Positions 33,963 to 45,550 of a DNA stretch of 64,000 nt are shown piece by piece (the first letter of the stretch is position 1; each line of letters begins with the position of its first letter). The position numbers were made by a program, and so were the translations under genes. The notes under the pieces are model-generated. The model did no database searches. It worked only from the letters and a program-made list of their open reading frames with translations, and was not told the DNA's origin. The DNA is taken from contig OW569365.1 of assembly GCA_937625935.1 (NCBI GenBank), forward strand, positions 372,001 to 436,000, written 5' to 3'. The DNA comes from Tetramitus jugosus. Lineage: Eukaryota > Protista > Heterolobosea.

Positions 33963-34940
33963 ATGACACTCACCAAACTACCAAACGCCTTCCATCATCT
34001 ACCACAACTCATCTCCACCAGTCTCGACCAACACAAAACCATTGTTCTATTTTTGGATTACGACGGAACATTGTCACCAATCGTAGCAAGACCAGAGTTG
34101 GCCATCATGAGTGATGAATCCAGGCAAGTCGTTCACTCACTTGCTCAACGATTCACAACAGCCATCGTTTCAGGTCGAGCCAAAAACAATGTCAAACAAT
34201 TGGTGCAGTTGAACAATTTGTATTTTGCGGGGAGTCACGGATTTGATATCGATGGACCGAACGACACTCATTATCAAGTCGCCACAGAGTACATTCCCGT
34301 TCTGGAACAATTGTACAATGACTTGTGTGAAAAATTGACTCGCACCAATAATAGTAACAATAATAGTCACAATGATGATAATAATAGTCAAAATAGTAGT
34401 AGTCCAAATAGTAGTATTAGTAGTAGTGATGAGGAAAATGGTGGAATACCGGGTGTCATTATCGAAAATAATTTATTTTCATTGAGTGTACATTATCGAT
34501 TGGTTCCCAGTGAACAATTGGTAGAACAGGTGAAACAAACTGTGAATGATATTGTTCAGGCCAATGAACAATATGTGAGCATGGTACGGGTGACTCATGG
34601 GAAAATGGTGTTGGAATTGAGAGCCAACTATGATTGGCACAAGGGCAAAGCAGTGCTTCATTTGTTGCAGTGTTTAGACATGATGGACAGTCGTCGTGTT
34701 CTTGCCATCTATGTGGGTGATGACAAGACGGATGAGGATGCGTTCCGTGCGTTGAACGAAGCAGGATTGGGTGTGGGTGTCTTGGTGGCCAACGGACCAA
34801 ACGATGAACGATTGTTTTCCTCTGCGCAATCGCATGAGGAATCACCTGTGCATCGAGTACATGGCACAAACGCCAATTGCTATGTCGATGATTGCTCGCA
34901 AGTTGTTGATTTGCTAAAGCAAATTAGTGCGTTGGAATAA
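33963..34940 (+). CDS. Trehalose-6-phosphate phosphatase (HAD IIB)
   Basis: FLDYDGTLSPIV, IVSGR, AGSHG, SVHYR, WHKGKAV, GDDKTDEDAF. Confidence 0.92.
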   Translation: MTLTKLPNAFHHLPQLISTSLDQHKTIVLFLDYDGTLSPIVARPELAIMSDESRQVVHSLAQRFTTAIVSGRAKNNVKQLVQLNNLYFAGSHGFDIDGPNDTHYQVATEYIPVLEQLYNDLCEKLTRTNNSNNNSHNDDNNSQNSSSPNSSISSSDEENGGIPGVIIENNLFSLSVHYRLVPSEQLVEQVKQTVNDIVQANEQYVSMVRVTHGKMVLELRANYDWHKGKAVLHLLQCLDMMDSRRVLAIYVGDDKTDEDAFRALNEAGLGVGVLVANGPNDERLFSSAQSHEESPVHRVHGTNANCYVDDCSQVVDLLKQISALE

Positions 34941-35053
34941 AGGAATATCTTTTTTGTTACACAAATGCTTTTCTATTGTTGTTAAGAAATCTGAAGGAAA
35001 GGATATCACAACAAGATATCCTTAGTTTCTTGGTTCCAAAGTTTCTTGAAAAT

Positions 35054-36039
35054 CTAGAAATCAGAGTCCATGAGAGTGCTGCTCGATAGCTTCAGTGTAG
35101 TACCAGGTTCAAAAGCAGGCTTACCAAGGTATGGACAAGTAGAACAACGGAAAGCATCACCCTTGAAACAACTGCCACATGCACTTGTTGGCATTTGTTG
35201 TTGTTGTTGTTGTTGTTTCTGTTGTTGTTCTTGTTGCTTGTTTTGTTCCTCCAAAATTTCCAATTCTGCTCTACCGCACGAACAATTCTTGCAAGCCTTC
35301 TTTGTCGGCTTTCCACACTCATCAAACTTTGGCTTATCAGGTATCCTCAAATCATCAGCCTCCAACAAATCACTGTCATTGACCATTCCATCTTCATTCT
35401 CATCTTCTTCATCAACCATTCCATCTTCATCGTTCATACTCACGGTCCAAACACTCTTTTTTGGTTGCAATTGAACAGCAGAAGCAGCAGCAGAAGTCAC
35501 ATTATTTTGTTTAATCTTTAGTGGTTGAGCCGTACGAGAAGACAGAGAAAAGGATGATTGAGTGTCCCAATTTGGCTTCACTGCCCTAATCAGCACAAGT
35601 TGTTGTTGTTCTTGTTGTTGAGTAATGCTTGAAAATCCAGCCATCATCAAATTCATTCGCAACTATATAGAGAAGAAACAGTTAACATTTCAGATTAGTA
35701 CTTGTGTGTGACACGAACTCCCCCCAACAACAAAAACAACAAAAAAAAGAGAGGTAATGGTATATATGATCATACGTTGGCAGTTGTGTGAGCAAATGAA
35801 ACAGAGCCATCTTTTTGAAGAACTCTATTGATTTCGTTCAACAAAAAATCAGAGTCCAATCCACTGTGTGCATTCACAAAAACGTGAGAGAAGGAAGCGT
35901 CCTCGAATGGAATTTTCTCTTGTTGATTCAAGTTCCATTGTTGAACATGATTGTTGTTGAATAATTGTTCAATTTGAGAGAGGTTGGTGAGTGGTACGTC
36001 ACTGTTGGATATAATGAGAAGTGGTTGTGATTGAGTCAT
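35054..36039 (-). CDS. CIAPIN1: Anamorsin / Fe-S assembly protein Dre2, 2 exons (intron 35663-35775)
   Basis: [13 protein letters not shown] and [25 protein letters not shown]; methyltransferase-like N-terminus; GTATG..TAG intron. Confidence 0.92.
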
Positions 36040-36242
36040 TGTTGTTGTTACAGGATCAAGTTCTCTTTGTTTTTCTTTGTTTTTTGTGGTTGTTTGATTG
36101 TCCGCAAATTGCGTAGATTCTAGCAAAAATCCGACTGTTTTCCCCGAAACCAAAAACAGAATGTTCAAAAACAAAATCAGCACAGAGTTACATTTTCGCA
36201 GGAGACACGTGGTAAAACACTCATTCAAGCAAACGAGATAAC

Positions 36243-38597
36243 ATGACTTCCACTTCACCGACACAACCAACTGATGAAGAAGAAGGACCGAGTGTGGATC
36301 GATCCGACTGTACAACATCTTCCACACCACTTCCAAAATCAACTTCTTTGCCACAATTGGCTTCTCTATGTGAACAACAAGAGACTTCGGATCAGAATAA
36401 CATGGACAATAGTAACTGCAGTAATAGCTTGAAACACAAGGACAATGAACAAAAGAAGTGTTCCTTTTCCATCGATGAAATTACAACGACGCACAGCGTA
36501 CCCACCCCCACCCTCGCTCATTTTAATTTTCCGATTACTCCGGTGCATACACCAACAGATACAACGACGACACCCACCTCAACGACCCCCTCTAGCAGCA
36601 ACAGTCGCACGAATGACAAGTTTACAAAAAATGCGAGAAACCGCTTGAGCTATCCCAGCTCCACGAACAGTGGTAGCAGCAGCAAAAGCTCGTATGGAAA
36701 TGCGACAATAACAACAAACAATAGTGGAAAGAATGGTCTCAAAACACCAACTAACCGCACTGCTGTCTTCTTTAATTACTTGAGAAATGAACTTCATTTG
36801 AACAATCATCACCAACAACAACAACCATTCTCTCGTCAAACAGCATCACGCTTCTCGCCTCTATTATCCTCACCTCTATTCTCTCCTCCTACGACAGCTA
36901 CGAGCTATAGCACTCCATCATCATCATCGACATCTCTAGGCACTAAGCAACAACAACAACAGAATCGTGACAATCATATCAAACGACTTCATGGTCGAAG
37001 CAAAAGCATGAATGCATTTGATGTTCGATCATCTTCATCTTTACCAACTACTCCAGAACATGAAGCAGCAAGTGAACAACGAAATGAGTATGATCAAAGA
37101 AGACTCAATAGAAATTCAATCACCTATATCAAGAGTAGTGGTAGTGGTAGTAGTAGTGGTGGTAGTAGTTTTATGAACAAGAGTCGACATGATAGGAACA
37201 GCTATACTGGCGGTGAAAATGGTGATGCGATTAACTTTAAATTAATGACTCAAAAGATGAATGATGCGAATGAACGAGATGAAGATGAAAATACGATATC
37301 AGATGACAGCAGTGATGACATGAGTGACAATAGTGATAACAACGTGGATAGTGATGATGATGATGATGCAGATGTGATCGAATTGAGTCTGGAAGAGCAA
37401 CGTTCGATTGAAGAAATGAACAAATTCTCAGAGGAAACAGAAGCGATGCGCCAAAGTGTTTACAACTTTTTCTCCGTGCCGTTCGAACTGGAAAAGTTTA
37501 TCGTGTTTGGGTTTTTCATCTGTTTGGACGCGTACTTGTTCTATTTTACATTTTTGCCACTGAGATTATTGTTTGGATTGTTTCAGTTGGTTGTTCGTCG
37601 GCGGCCTATTCGTAGTGCGCACTTGATGGACATGATTCGAGCATTATCAGTGATTGTGACTGTTGTTTTTGTGATTTGGATGTGTGATTATTCAAAAGCG
37701 TATCATTATATTCGTGGAGAGTCAACATTGAAGCTCTATGTCATGTACAATATGTTAGAGGTGTTTGATCGGTTGTGTTGTTCATTTGGTCAAGATATTC
37801 AATCGGCCATGACATTTATGATATCGGATCTAGATATAGGGAAGAGTAGTCGGAAGCATGTGACTGGTAAAGTGTACATCCATGCTTGTATTGCTCTTGT
37901 TATGAATGCGGCCTATACTTGCATTCACAGCTTGATTCAATTGTACAGAGTCATTACGTTAAATGTGGCATTGAACTCATCAAACAACGCACTCTGGACT
38001 CTGTTGGTTTCTAATAATTTTGTAGAGTTGAAGGGTAGTGTGTTCAAAAAGTTTGCGTCCGATAATCTCTTTCAATTGGCCTGTGGAGATGTAGTCGAAC
38101 GCTTTCAATTGGTCGTGTTTGGAATTTTAATTTACATGCAAAATGCGAGAGCGGCCGTGTTTGGTGGTGCAGAAGTGTTTCTGATATCGATCACATTGCT
38201 TGCCGAGGTTGGTGTTGATGCCACAAAGCACGCATTTGTTACAAAGTTTAACAATATTAAGTCTCAAGTCTATGGCGATTTCAAGGAGAAGTTGTGTGAG
38301 AATTTGACCAGCGTGCGAAACAATGAGTCATTCTTGGACAATACGAGTTCAGTCTCTCGACAAATTGGATTTGTAGAAGTGCCACTGATTGCCCTATCGA
38401 TACGTGTGATGATACAATCCATGCCATCTGTGCTGCCTCTTGAATCGGTACCTGCATTCATTACGTATACTCTCGGTTATTGTTGTCTCTTTGCTCTTAA
38501 ACTCCTCTTGTCTATTATCATTGTGGGCTATTCGAGCAAGAAACTCAGAGTGAAGAAGGAGATCATCAACCAAACTGAAACTGTCGACTCAGGTTAG
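36243..38597 (+). CDS. TAPT1: TAPT1/EMP65 (DUF747) ER membrane protein
   Basis: VPFELEKFIVFGFFICLD, YHYIRGESTLKLYVMYNMLEVFDRL, SNNFVELKGSVFKKF, KHAFVTKFN. Confidence 0.93.
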   Translation: MTSTSPTQPTDEEEGPSVDRSDCTTSSTPLPKSTSLPQLASLCEQQETSDQNNMDNSNCSNSLKHKDNEQKKCSFSIDEITTTHSVPTPTLAHFNFPITPVHTPTDTTTTPTSTTPSSSNSRTNDKFTKNARNRLSYPSSTNSGSSSKSSYGNATITTNNSGKNGLKTPTNRTAVFFNYLRNELHLNNHHQQQQPFSRQTASRFSPLLSSPLFSPPTTATSYSTPSSSSTSLGTKQQQQQNRDNHIKRLHGRSKSMNAFDVRSSSSLPTTPEHEAASEQRNEYDQRRLNRNSITYIKSSGSGSSSGGSSFMNKSRHDRNSYTGGENGDAINFKLMTQKMNDANERDEDENTISDDSSDDMSDNSDNNVDSDDDDDADVIELSLEEQRSIEEMNKFSEETEAMRQSVYNFFSVPFELEKFIVFGFFICLDAYLFYFTFLPLRLLFGLFQLVVRRRPIRSAHLMDMIRALSVIVTVVFVIWMCDYSKAYHYIRGESTLKLYVMYNMLEVFDRLCCSFGQDIQSAMTFMISDLDIGKSSRKHVTGKVYIHACIALVMNAAYTCIHSLIQLYRVITLNVALNSSNNALWTLLVSNNFVELKGSVFKKFASDNLFQLACGDVVERFQLVVFGILIYMQNARAAVFGGAEVFLISITLLAEVGVDATKHAFVTKFNNIKSQVYGDFKEKLCENLTSVRNNESFLDNTSSVSRQIGFVEVPLIALSIRVMIQSMPSVLPLESVPAFITYTLGYCCLFALKLLLSIIIVGYSSKKLRVKKEIINQTETVDSG

Positions 38598-38676
38598 TTC
38601 CGAGTAAAAGAGTCATTTGACTCGTTGTATTTATTCCGGTTCAACATTAATTATGGTGAATTATCTTTATGATCCC

Positions 38677-40080
38677 TTATTCAACATTCGGTGGACTGTT
38701 GGGTGTTTTGAAGATTTTTGTTAATCCTCTCGTTCTATTCATTGCAACTTGAAACGCATCCTTGAGTGGTGATGGCTGCGATATGTTGCTCTTTGATCGT
38801 TTTCTATCTGTTTTCTGAACACGGTACACGAAGTTTGTCTGCCACATGACACGTCCTCTCATGTCGACCATTCTCAGGTCGACCTTTGTTTTACTGAGCT
38901 TGTACTTTTTGACTTTCTTCTCAGGCACGATAATCGTATACAAATGACCATCCGTCTCATCTCCTTCTCCCTTATACGGCTCTAAATTACCAACCATTGT
39001 CGTTGCGACCTCTCTGCCTGTCAAACTCTCAAAAATCTCCAAAAACTTTGCTCCTTCCACTCGCATTCCCTTGACACGGAACTGAATTCGCATCGAGCAC
39101 ACTGTTTCACTACTGGGAATATCAAATGCCGAGCATTGTAAAATCTCCAATTCACCACTCTCTGCCAACATGACTCTCTTTTTTCTTCGAGGTGAAATGG
39201 CTGTCGTAATACTGTTACTACTACTACTATTACTGTTCGTAGTCGTCATACTTGAGAGAATAGATTGACTCCGTCCTCTTTCTGTTGGTCTGCTCTGTTG
39301 AACATCGGAATAAACTGCAGCGACATCATAATTCGATGGTAATCGATTAAAGCTCTCCATTCTTGATAAATTATTGTTACTATTGTTGTTACTATTAAAT
39401 GAGTCTTCAGGAGAAAGTATGACCTCTGCTCCGTTGCCTGTCAGTATCGTTGTCTTCTCTTCAACCTGCTTATTTAAATCAACTTTTTGTTGTTTTTGCT
39501 GTTGTTCATCACCAGTAGTACTACTACTGCACATGATAGCAGAGGAAATATCAGCCTTACTGCTGATATGTTGCTGTAGGTGTGCATGATTTTGATTGTT
39601 ACCTCGATGAGGATTGGATAATGACATGATGCGATTGTTAAAGTCATCATCATCGTCATCGGAATCACTCAGAGTGAGATCATCAATGGCAGCTGCAGTG
39701 TTCATGGATTCTGACCATGTGTAGCCTCCGATTGATGTGCCAGACGTGACTGAAAATGAAGTTTCATTCTTATTGTCGTCATCATCGTCGTCATCAGACT
39801 TTTGTTGAGCTAGTAATTTTGATGGCGGCGGTTGAAAATATTCTTGAAAGCTTTCGATCGTAGTGTTGTTGGGTTCCGCTGAAGTGATGCTACTAGGGTG
39901 TCTGCCAATCGAAGCTTTGTGGTCCGACTGTAGTGACACGATACCGCCCGAGTTGTTCGCGCCAATGTTTGGCGGCGTTTTGGATGGGTCCCGCCACTGA
40001 AAGAGCACACTGACCAGTGTGACAATGGGAGTGCCGCAGCAAGAGGTGCCCTTGATGGTTGTGGCAGTGTCTGTCAACAT
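38677..40080 (-). CDS. Divergent Rho GDP-dissociation-inhibitor-like protein with long low-complexity insertion (5' end uncertain)
   Basis: C-terminal F.I...MRIQFRV...VEGAKF...MVGNLEP pattern resembles the RhoGDI immunoglobulin domain. Confidence 0.55.
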   Translation of the reverse strand: MLTDTATTIKGTSCCGTPIVTLVSVLFQWRDPSKTPPNIGANNSGGIVSLQSDHKASIGRHPSSITSAEPNNTTIESFQEYFQPPPSKLLAQQKSDDDDDDDNKNETSFSVTSGTSIGGYTWSESMNTAAAIDDLTLSDSDDDDDDFNNRIMSLSNPHRGNNQNHAHLQQHISSKADISSAIMCSSSTTGDEQQQKQQKVDLNKQVEEKTTILTGNGAEVILSPEDSFNSNNNSNNNLSRMESFNRLPSNYDVAAVYSDVQQSRPTERGRSQSILSSMTTTNSNSSSSNSITTAISPRRKKRVMLAESGELEILQCSAFDIPSSETVCSMRIQFRVKGMRVEGAKFLEIFESLTGREVATTMVGNLEPYKGEGDETDGHLYTIIVPEKKVKKYKLSKTKVDLRMVDMRGRVMWQTNFVYRVQKTDRKRSKSNISQPSPLKDAFQVAMNRTRGLTKIFKTPNSPPNVE

Positions 40081-40331
40081 GTTTTGAGTGTCCTAGGCAA
40101 GAATATGATTGTCTGCTGTGGTTGTGTGTGGTGTTTCTTTTGTTGCTAAGGTAAGTGGTGCGTTTGGGACATGTCAAATGTCAAACACTTACGAATCACT
40201 GAAAATAATGAAGCTCGTGTGGAATGCAAAAAAAGAACCATCAATATCCTTGAGAACACAGCATTGCACAAGGTCACTGATGACTTTGGGAACTGGGTGC
40301 ATAAAAGGAAAGTTTATATCTTCACGCAAGC

Positions 40332-42110
40332 TTAGCACTTCCAACGTTGATCACAATTGAGACATGTGACGAACACGGTCATCGGTTCATCCGCAGATCT
40401 TGTTTGCATTTGATAATAAGTACAGTTTTGACTCTTGCATCTTCTGCACGTAAACATACTGGTCTTGGTTTGAGCTGGTTGTGCGGTCATACTCTCCCTT
40501 GTTGCCTCCTTTTGAATTCTTTCACGCTCAGCCTTCAATTCCTTTGAAGCCATTTCTCTAGAGCTCATTGAAGCAACTTTCGATGGAGCAAACTGTCCAG
40601 TGAGAACCATTTCACAAAAGTCTTCATTGCTTCGATCTGCAAGATTATAAGCCACACTTCGCACTTGAGTCTTGTAACTTTCATCTCCTGAATTGCGTCC
40701 ATGGAGATCAAACATGTTTTCTTCAATCATAATTGCTAGATTTGCGCACTTTTTGTGGTTGCTTGTTCCTGTTGCCAGTCCATTTGCAATCTTCTTTCTC
40801 GCATAATCTCTCATGACATCACCCGTCAAATCCAACAATGACTCCTCAACAACCTGACCAGCAGAAGAATTAGAATTAAAGCGACTTGACGGTGTTGAAG
40901 GAGTTGTTGGTGTGGATGGTGCAGAGATATTGCTGCTAGAGCCAACCTTGTGTCCCGATTGCACATCCCTGACCAACTGTGTCCAACTTCTCACTAAACT
41001 AGAGCTGTACTTTGCAATGATTTCATCAGAGCTCTTCATCAACTTTTTCATCGTCTTTCCAATCTTCACCTTTGTCAATTGTGCAATGGTCAATGGTTCG
41101 CATTCACTGTGCAAAAAGCGAACAGCTTCCAAAATCTTTTCATTGTTTCCATCGTCAATAAATCGGTCCAATTTCGCATTGCATTTCTCTAATTGATCAT
41201 CTGTCAATGTAACTCTCGTCAATTTGGACGATTTGCTGTCGTTGCTCTCAGTTTCAGACTTTTTCTTTGGTGTTTGTTTTGAAGTCTTTGATTTTGAGGC
41301 GGACAAAGAGCTCGTCTTGCTCTCCTCCTTTTTTGGTGTTTTCTTGGTAGGTGTCTTCTCTTCCTTTGTCGATGGTTTTTCTGATTTTTTAGTCGACGAA
41401 GTTGCTTCGGATGATGATTTTGATCCTGATTCACTCTTCTTTGATTCCTTGCTATTGTTATTTCTGCTGGGTGATGTGGATGTGGAGGTGGCTTCCTTGT
41501 GAGACGACGATGCCTTCTCAGTGGAGGTTGCTGTTGTTGTTTCCTTCTTTGCCTTCTTCTTTGCTGGTTGTTTCTTTCGATTGGCATCAGCATGCTCTTC
41601 TTCTTCTTCATCATCATCATCACCTTCACGATCCGACTGCTCATAATCACTTCCCTCATCTCTCTTTCTCGATCTCTTCTTTGCGACTGGAGAAGATGCC
41701 TTCTTCTTGGTGGTGGTAGTAGTTGATGATGATGATTTCTTAGAATCAGTGTTGTTGTTGTTGTTGTTGCTATTGGTAGATTCACTCAACTTGTCACCAG
41801 TCGTACTCTCATATTCCTTCTTTGCCAAATTGATTGCCTTCTTGAGACTGACATTGGTTTTGACTTTTGGTTGAGTCATGAGATCAGTGTGCTGTGCAAA
41901 GTGTCGTATGGAAGCATGATCGGACGACACTGCCCAACTATAGTCGTTTGTGCTAAAAAATTGGACAAGAGTGTCTTCTTTGCCCTGTTTTCCGTTCAAA
42001 ACATTGTCTGAAACACCAGAACTGGTGGGTGAAATGACTTTGGCGGGCCACCAAGGAAATCCTGGTACTTGTACCCATACGATATCACTGGAATTGTACT
42101 TGGAAGACAT
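40332..42110 (-). CDS. Transcription elongation factor TFIIS with N-terminal PWWP domain
   Basis: VWVQVPGFPWWPAKV; domain I (KIGKTM..LVRSW); domain II; zinc ribbon CRRC..QMQTRSADEPMTVFVTCLNC. Confidence 0.93.
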   Translation of the reverse strand: MSSKYNSSDIVWVQVPGFPWWPAKVISPTSSGVSDNVLNGKQGKEDTLVQFFSTNDYSWAVSSDHASIRHFAQHTDLMTQPKVKTNVSLKKAINLAKKEYESTTGDKLSESTNSNNNNNNTDSKKSSSSTTTTTKKKASSPVAKKRSRKRDEGSDYEQSDREGDDDDEEEEEHADANRKKQPAKKKAKKETTTATSTEKASSSHKEATSTSTSPSRNNNSKESKKSESGSKSSSEATSSTKKSEKPSTKEEKTPTKKTPKKEESKTSSLSASKSKTSKQTPKKKSETESNDSKSSKLTRVTLTDDQLEKCNAKLDRFIDDGNNEKILEAVRFLHSECEPLTIAQLTKVKIGKTMKKLMKSSDEIIAKYSSSLVRSWTQLVRDVQSGHKVGSSSNISAPSTPTTPSTPSSRFNSNSSAGQVVEESLLDLTGDVMRDYARKKIANGLATGTSNHKKCANLAIMIEENMFDLHGRNSGDESYKTQVRSVAYNLADRSNEDFCEMVLTGQFAPSKVASMSSREMASKELKAERERIQKEATRESMTAQPAQTKTSMFTCRRCKSQNCTYYQMQTRSADEPMTVFVTCLNCDQRWKC

Positions 42111-42312
42111 TTTGCAATTGTTTGATAGTCAATAACAAATGGATAAGCTAATGTGATATGAAGTTATTATCAAGCACGTGTGTGTGATTCCGTTTTTTTT
42201 CAGTTTTTTTTTTGTGCGGGAGAAATTTTCCGTCATGAATCATTTTTTTACACAAGATCCACACAAAGTCCTTCCACCAACATGGGAGCAAGTGGAAACT
42301 GACATCGCATCA

Positions 42313-43421
42313 TTACAGTTTCAAGAATGTCTCCAACACGGGCAAGAGATTCTTCTTTGTTGTTTCATTCGATATCTTTGTATAGTTCTTGACCAACAAG
42401 GTCTCTGCCAGTTTGAGTAGCTCTTGATTCATCTTCTTTGTGAAAGTTCCACTGCTTTCGAACCGATCCAGAGCCGCCAATGCATTGCATGACATGAGCA
42501 ATCCATACACAGGCCTCATACTGCTCAACAATTGATTCTCCGAGCTCAGTAAATCGTCACTGCTCGACACATCCATCATCATTTGAATGCACTGTGCGTA
42601 ATACTTTCTCGCTGTTCGATAATCATCCATCGTGTACATGATGTCAGCATACTTGCAAAAGTACATGGGATGATTCGGGTCATGAACAATCATCTCTTCC
42701 ACACAAAAAGCAGCCTTCTTATAATCACAAAGACGCAAATACAAGTCAGCCATCTCTGAATAAGCATCCATATCACTCATATAAATGCTCAAATAGTGAT
42801 TCAATCGCTTAATTGCCTCAGGGATATCATTCGTTGCAATCTTTATGGCAACCAATCGTTTCAGAACAAACACATCAGTCGGATCATCCCTCAACAGTTC
42901 ATTATAGATTTGTTCACTCTCTTCCAAGTCTCCCTTTGCTTCCAGAACAAGTGCTTCGAGCTTACGAATACGAGGTGATTCACCAAACTTGTTCTGAATG
43001 GCCTCTAGGCAACTATCGGCCAAATCTTGTTGATTCAATTCCAGTGCACTCTTCAACACAATTTCATACAGTTGCCACACTATTCACGCACAAACACACA
43101 AACACACATGCAATCAACAAAAAAGACAATCAACAAATGAACAATAAAAATCAATTGAGCAATGAGAAACAACATACGATAGATGGCGTCCACTGATTTT
43201 TTAAAGGAGGAAGAAACATCACCAAACAACAATTCTTGTCCACAAAGAGTCACTAGATCAGGTCTTCTCAATGGTCCCTTTGTAACTGTGTCAATAATCT
43301 TCTTGTAGAGTGCAGTGTCAATTTTTTTGGACTGTTCACTAATGTGTTGTCTCAATTGCTTCTCTAGATCATGAATTTCATGAGCGTCCTTGAATGGTGT
43401 AGTCGTGATAGCGATGCTCAT
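42313..43421 (-). CDS. EMC2: ER membrane complex subunit 2 (TPR protein), 2 exons (intron 43080-43177)
   Basis: WQLYEIVLKSAL, FGESPRIRKLEAL, LNHYLSIYMSDMDAY, KAAFCVEEMI. Confidence 0.9.
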
Positions 43422-43543
43422 CTCCTTCTTCTTTGTTTTATTTGTGCTTTGATTTTTGTTTCTGTTGATTGAAGGATCAATCTCGTTTTTCCGATCTTGT
43501 TTGTTCTGTCACTGTGGAAGGAAATTTGTGGAGATTGTTTATT

Positions 43544-45126
43544 TTACTTCTTCTTTGTCACGAGTGGCTTGACGTATGGCAAGAAGTCGATTCCACCCAT
43601 GTATGGTTGCAAAATCTCTGGCACCTTGATACCATCAGGGGTTTGGTAATTTTCAACAATACAGCACATTGTTCTAGAGGTGGCGGACAGAGTAGAGTTC
43701 AACATGTGAACATATTCCTTGTCAGCACCTTGGGTCTTGCTAGCACCGTATCTGACTTCTAATCTTCTGGATTGGTAGTCAGTACAGTTGGAGCAAGAAA
43801 CCAACTCTCTAAATGTCTTGCTGGCAGGGAAGTATGCTTCCAAGTCCAACTTCTTGGCGGCAGCATTGTTCAAAGCACCAGAAACAATGTTGACAACACG
43901 GTAGGACAATCCCAAGGATTGATAGAACTCCTCACTGTTGGCAATCATTGTGTCCATCATTTCCCAGGAAATGTTCTCCTTTGGAGAGCACAACACAAAT
44001 TGTTCAATCTTTTCGAATTGATGCACACGGAAAATACCTAGAGTGTCTCGGCCGTGAGAACCAACCTCCTTTCTGAAGCATGTGGACAAACCAGCATAAC
44101 GAATTGGTAGTCTCTTCTCATCGATCCATTCCTTCAAATGGAAAGCAGCAATAGGTTGTTCAGATGTAGCAATCAAATACTTGTCATCACCCTCACCTGT
44201 CACCTTGTACAATTGTTCATCAAAATCACCCAATTGAGCCACTTGACCCATCATCTTCTTGTCCATGAAGAATGGGACATAGATTGGAGTGAATCCTCTG
44301 CGTTGCAAAAAGTCCATGGCATAATTCTGGATAGCAAGGTTCAATCTGACCAATCCACCAGTCAAATAATAACCTCTGGCACCAGCAGTCTTTGAACCTT
44401 GTTCACAATGCATATTGTCCAATCTCTCCATAATATCCACATGGTTCAACAGTCCTTGCTCTTCTCTCAACTCTCCAAAAGTTCTCACAATACCATTCTC
44501 GTCTTCATTGTTGGAGATGACTACACTTTCGTGAACAATGTTACCAATGTTGTGCAACAAATTGTCTCTCTCAGTCTCCTTGGCACTCATGTCTTGATTG
44601 CACTTTTCAATCAATGACTTAACATGGGTGCTCAACTTTTTCAATTGAGTCACCTTGAGGTCCTTCAATGGCTGTTCATTCTTTTCCTTGTCGAATTGAG
44701 CATCCAAGTCATCAAAGAAGGCAGCTGGAATTTCAAGTGATTCATCACCCTTGTCTTCCTTTGCCTTCATCTTGAGTCCAACAATTTTGGAAACTTGGTT
44801 GGCATACTTGTTCAAAATGTCCAACTTTCCTCTCACTGTTCAGTGATGATGATTTCAGTGCAACAGAGAGAGCGATGATGAAATAATAGTTTTTTTGTTG
44901 TCAATATTTTTTTTTTGTGAATAAAAAAAAGGATCATAGTGATATCACTATGCTTCTTCTTAGCGACATAGATCAATCAAAATAGACACATACTTTGTCT
45001 CCATTCTTGATCGAGTTGCATAATTTGGTCAACAACAGTTTCAGGAGCATAACGACGGCGTTGAGATTCTTTAACGATTTCTGGGTTTCCACCCTTGTCT
45101 TGACGGAAGAGATTAATATCCAACAT
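43544..45126 (-). CDS. SARS1: Cytosolic seryl-tRNA synthetase, 2 exons (intron 44836-44993)
   Basis: MLDINLFR, YLIATSEQP, FRKEVGSHGRDTLGIFRVHQFEKIE, ELVSCSNCTDYQSR. Confidence 0.97.
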
Positions 45127-45550
45127 GGTTTGTGTGTATTGGTTTTCGCGCTTGTTTTTGTTTGTGTTTTTTGGCGTGAATTTTTCTTCTTGTGGTGGTG
45201 AAATATGTTTTTTCCGACAATGCTTGTTGTAAAATGCACCTCCATATCACCGCGGCACTATTCGACAATGGAATTGCGCAGGTCCTCACTCAGAGCAACG
45301 ATTTGTACAGTACATACCCAAAAAATGTGCGATTGAACAGATGCAGTCAAGAAAGAGTTGATGCCCAATAGACGCCCACAGAGAGACGTTCGTTCCCATT
45401 CCACCATTCCCTTTAAAAAACGATTCATCGGAGAATGACAATTCCACTGCCACCAACAAACCAACAAACTCCAAAAACCCAACAGTTACAATCCATCTCA
45501 ATCAAACATAAACAACAACAACAACAAAACAACGACAAGACACTATCCAC

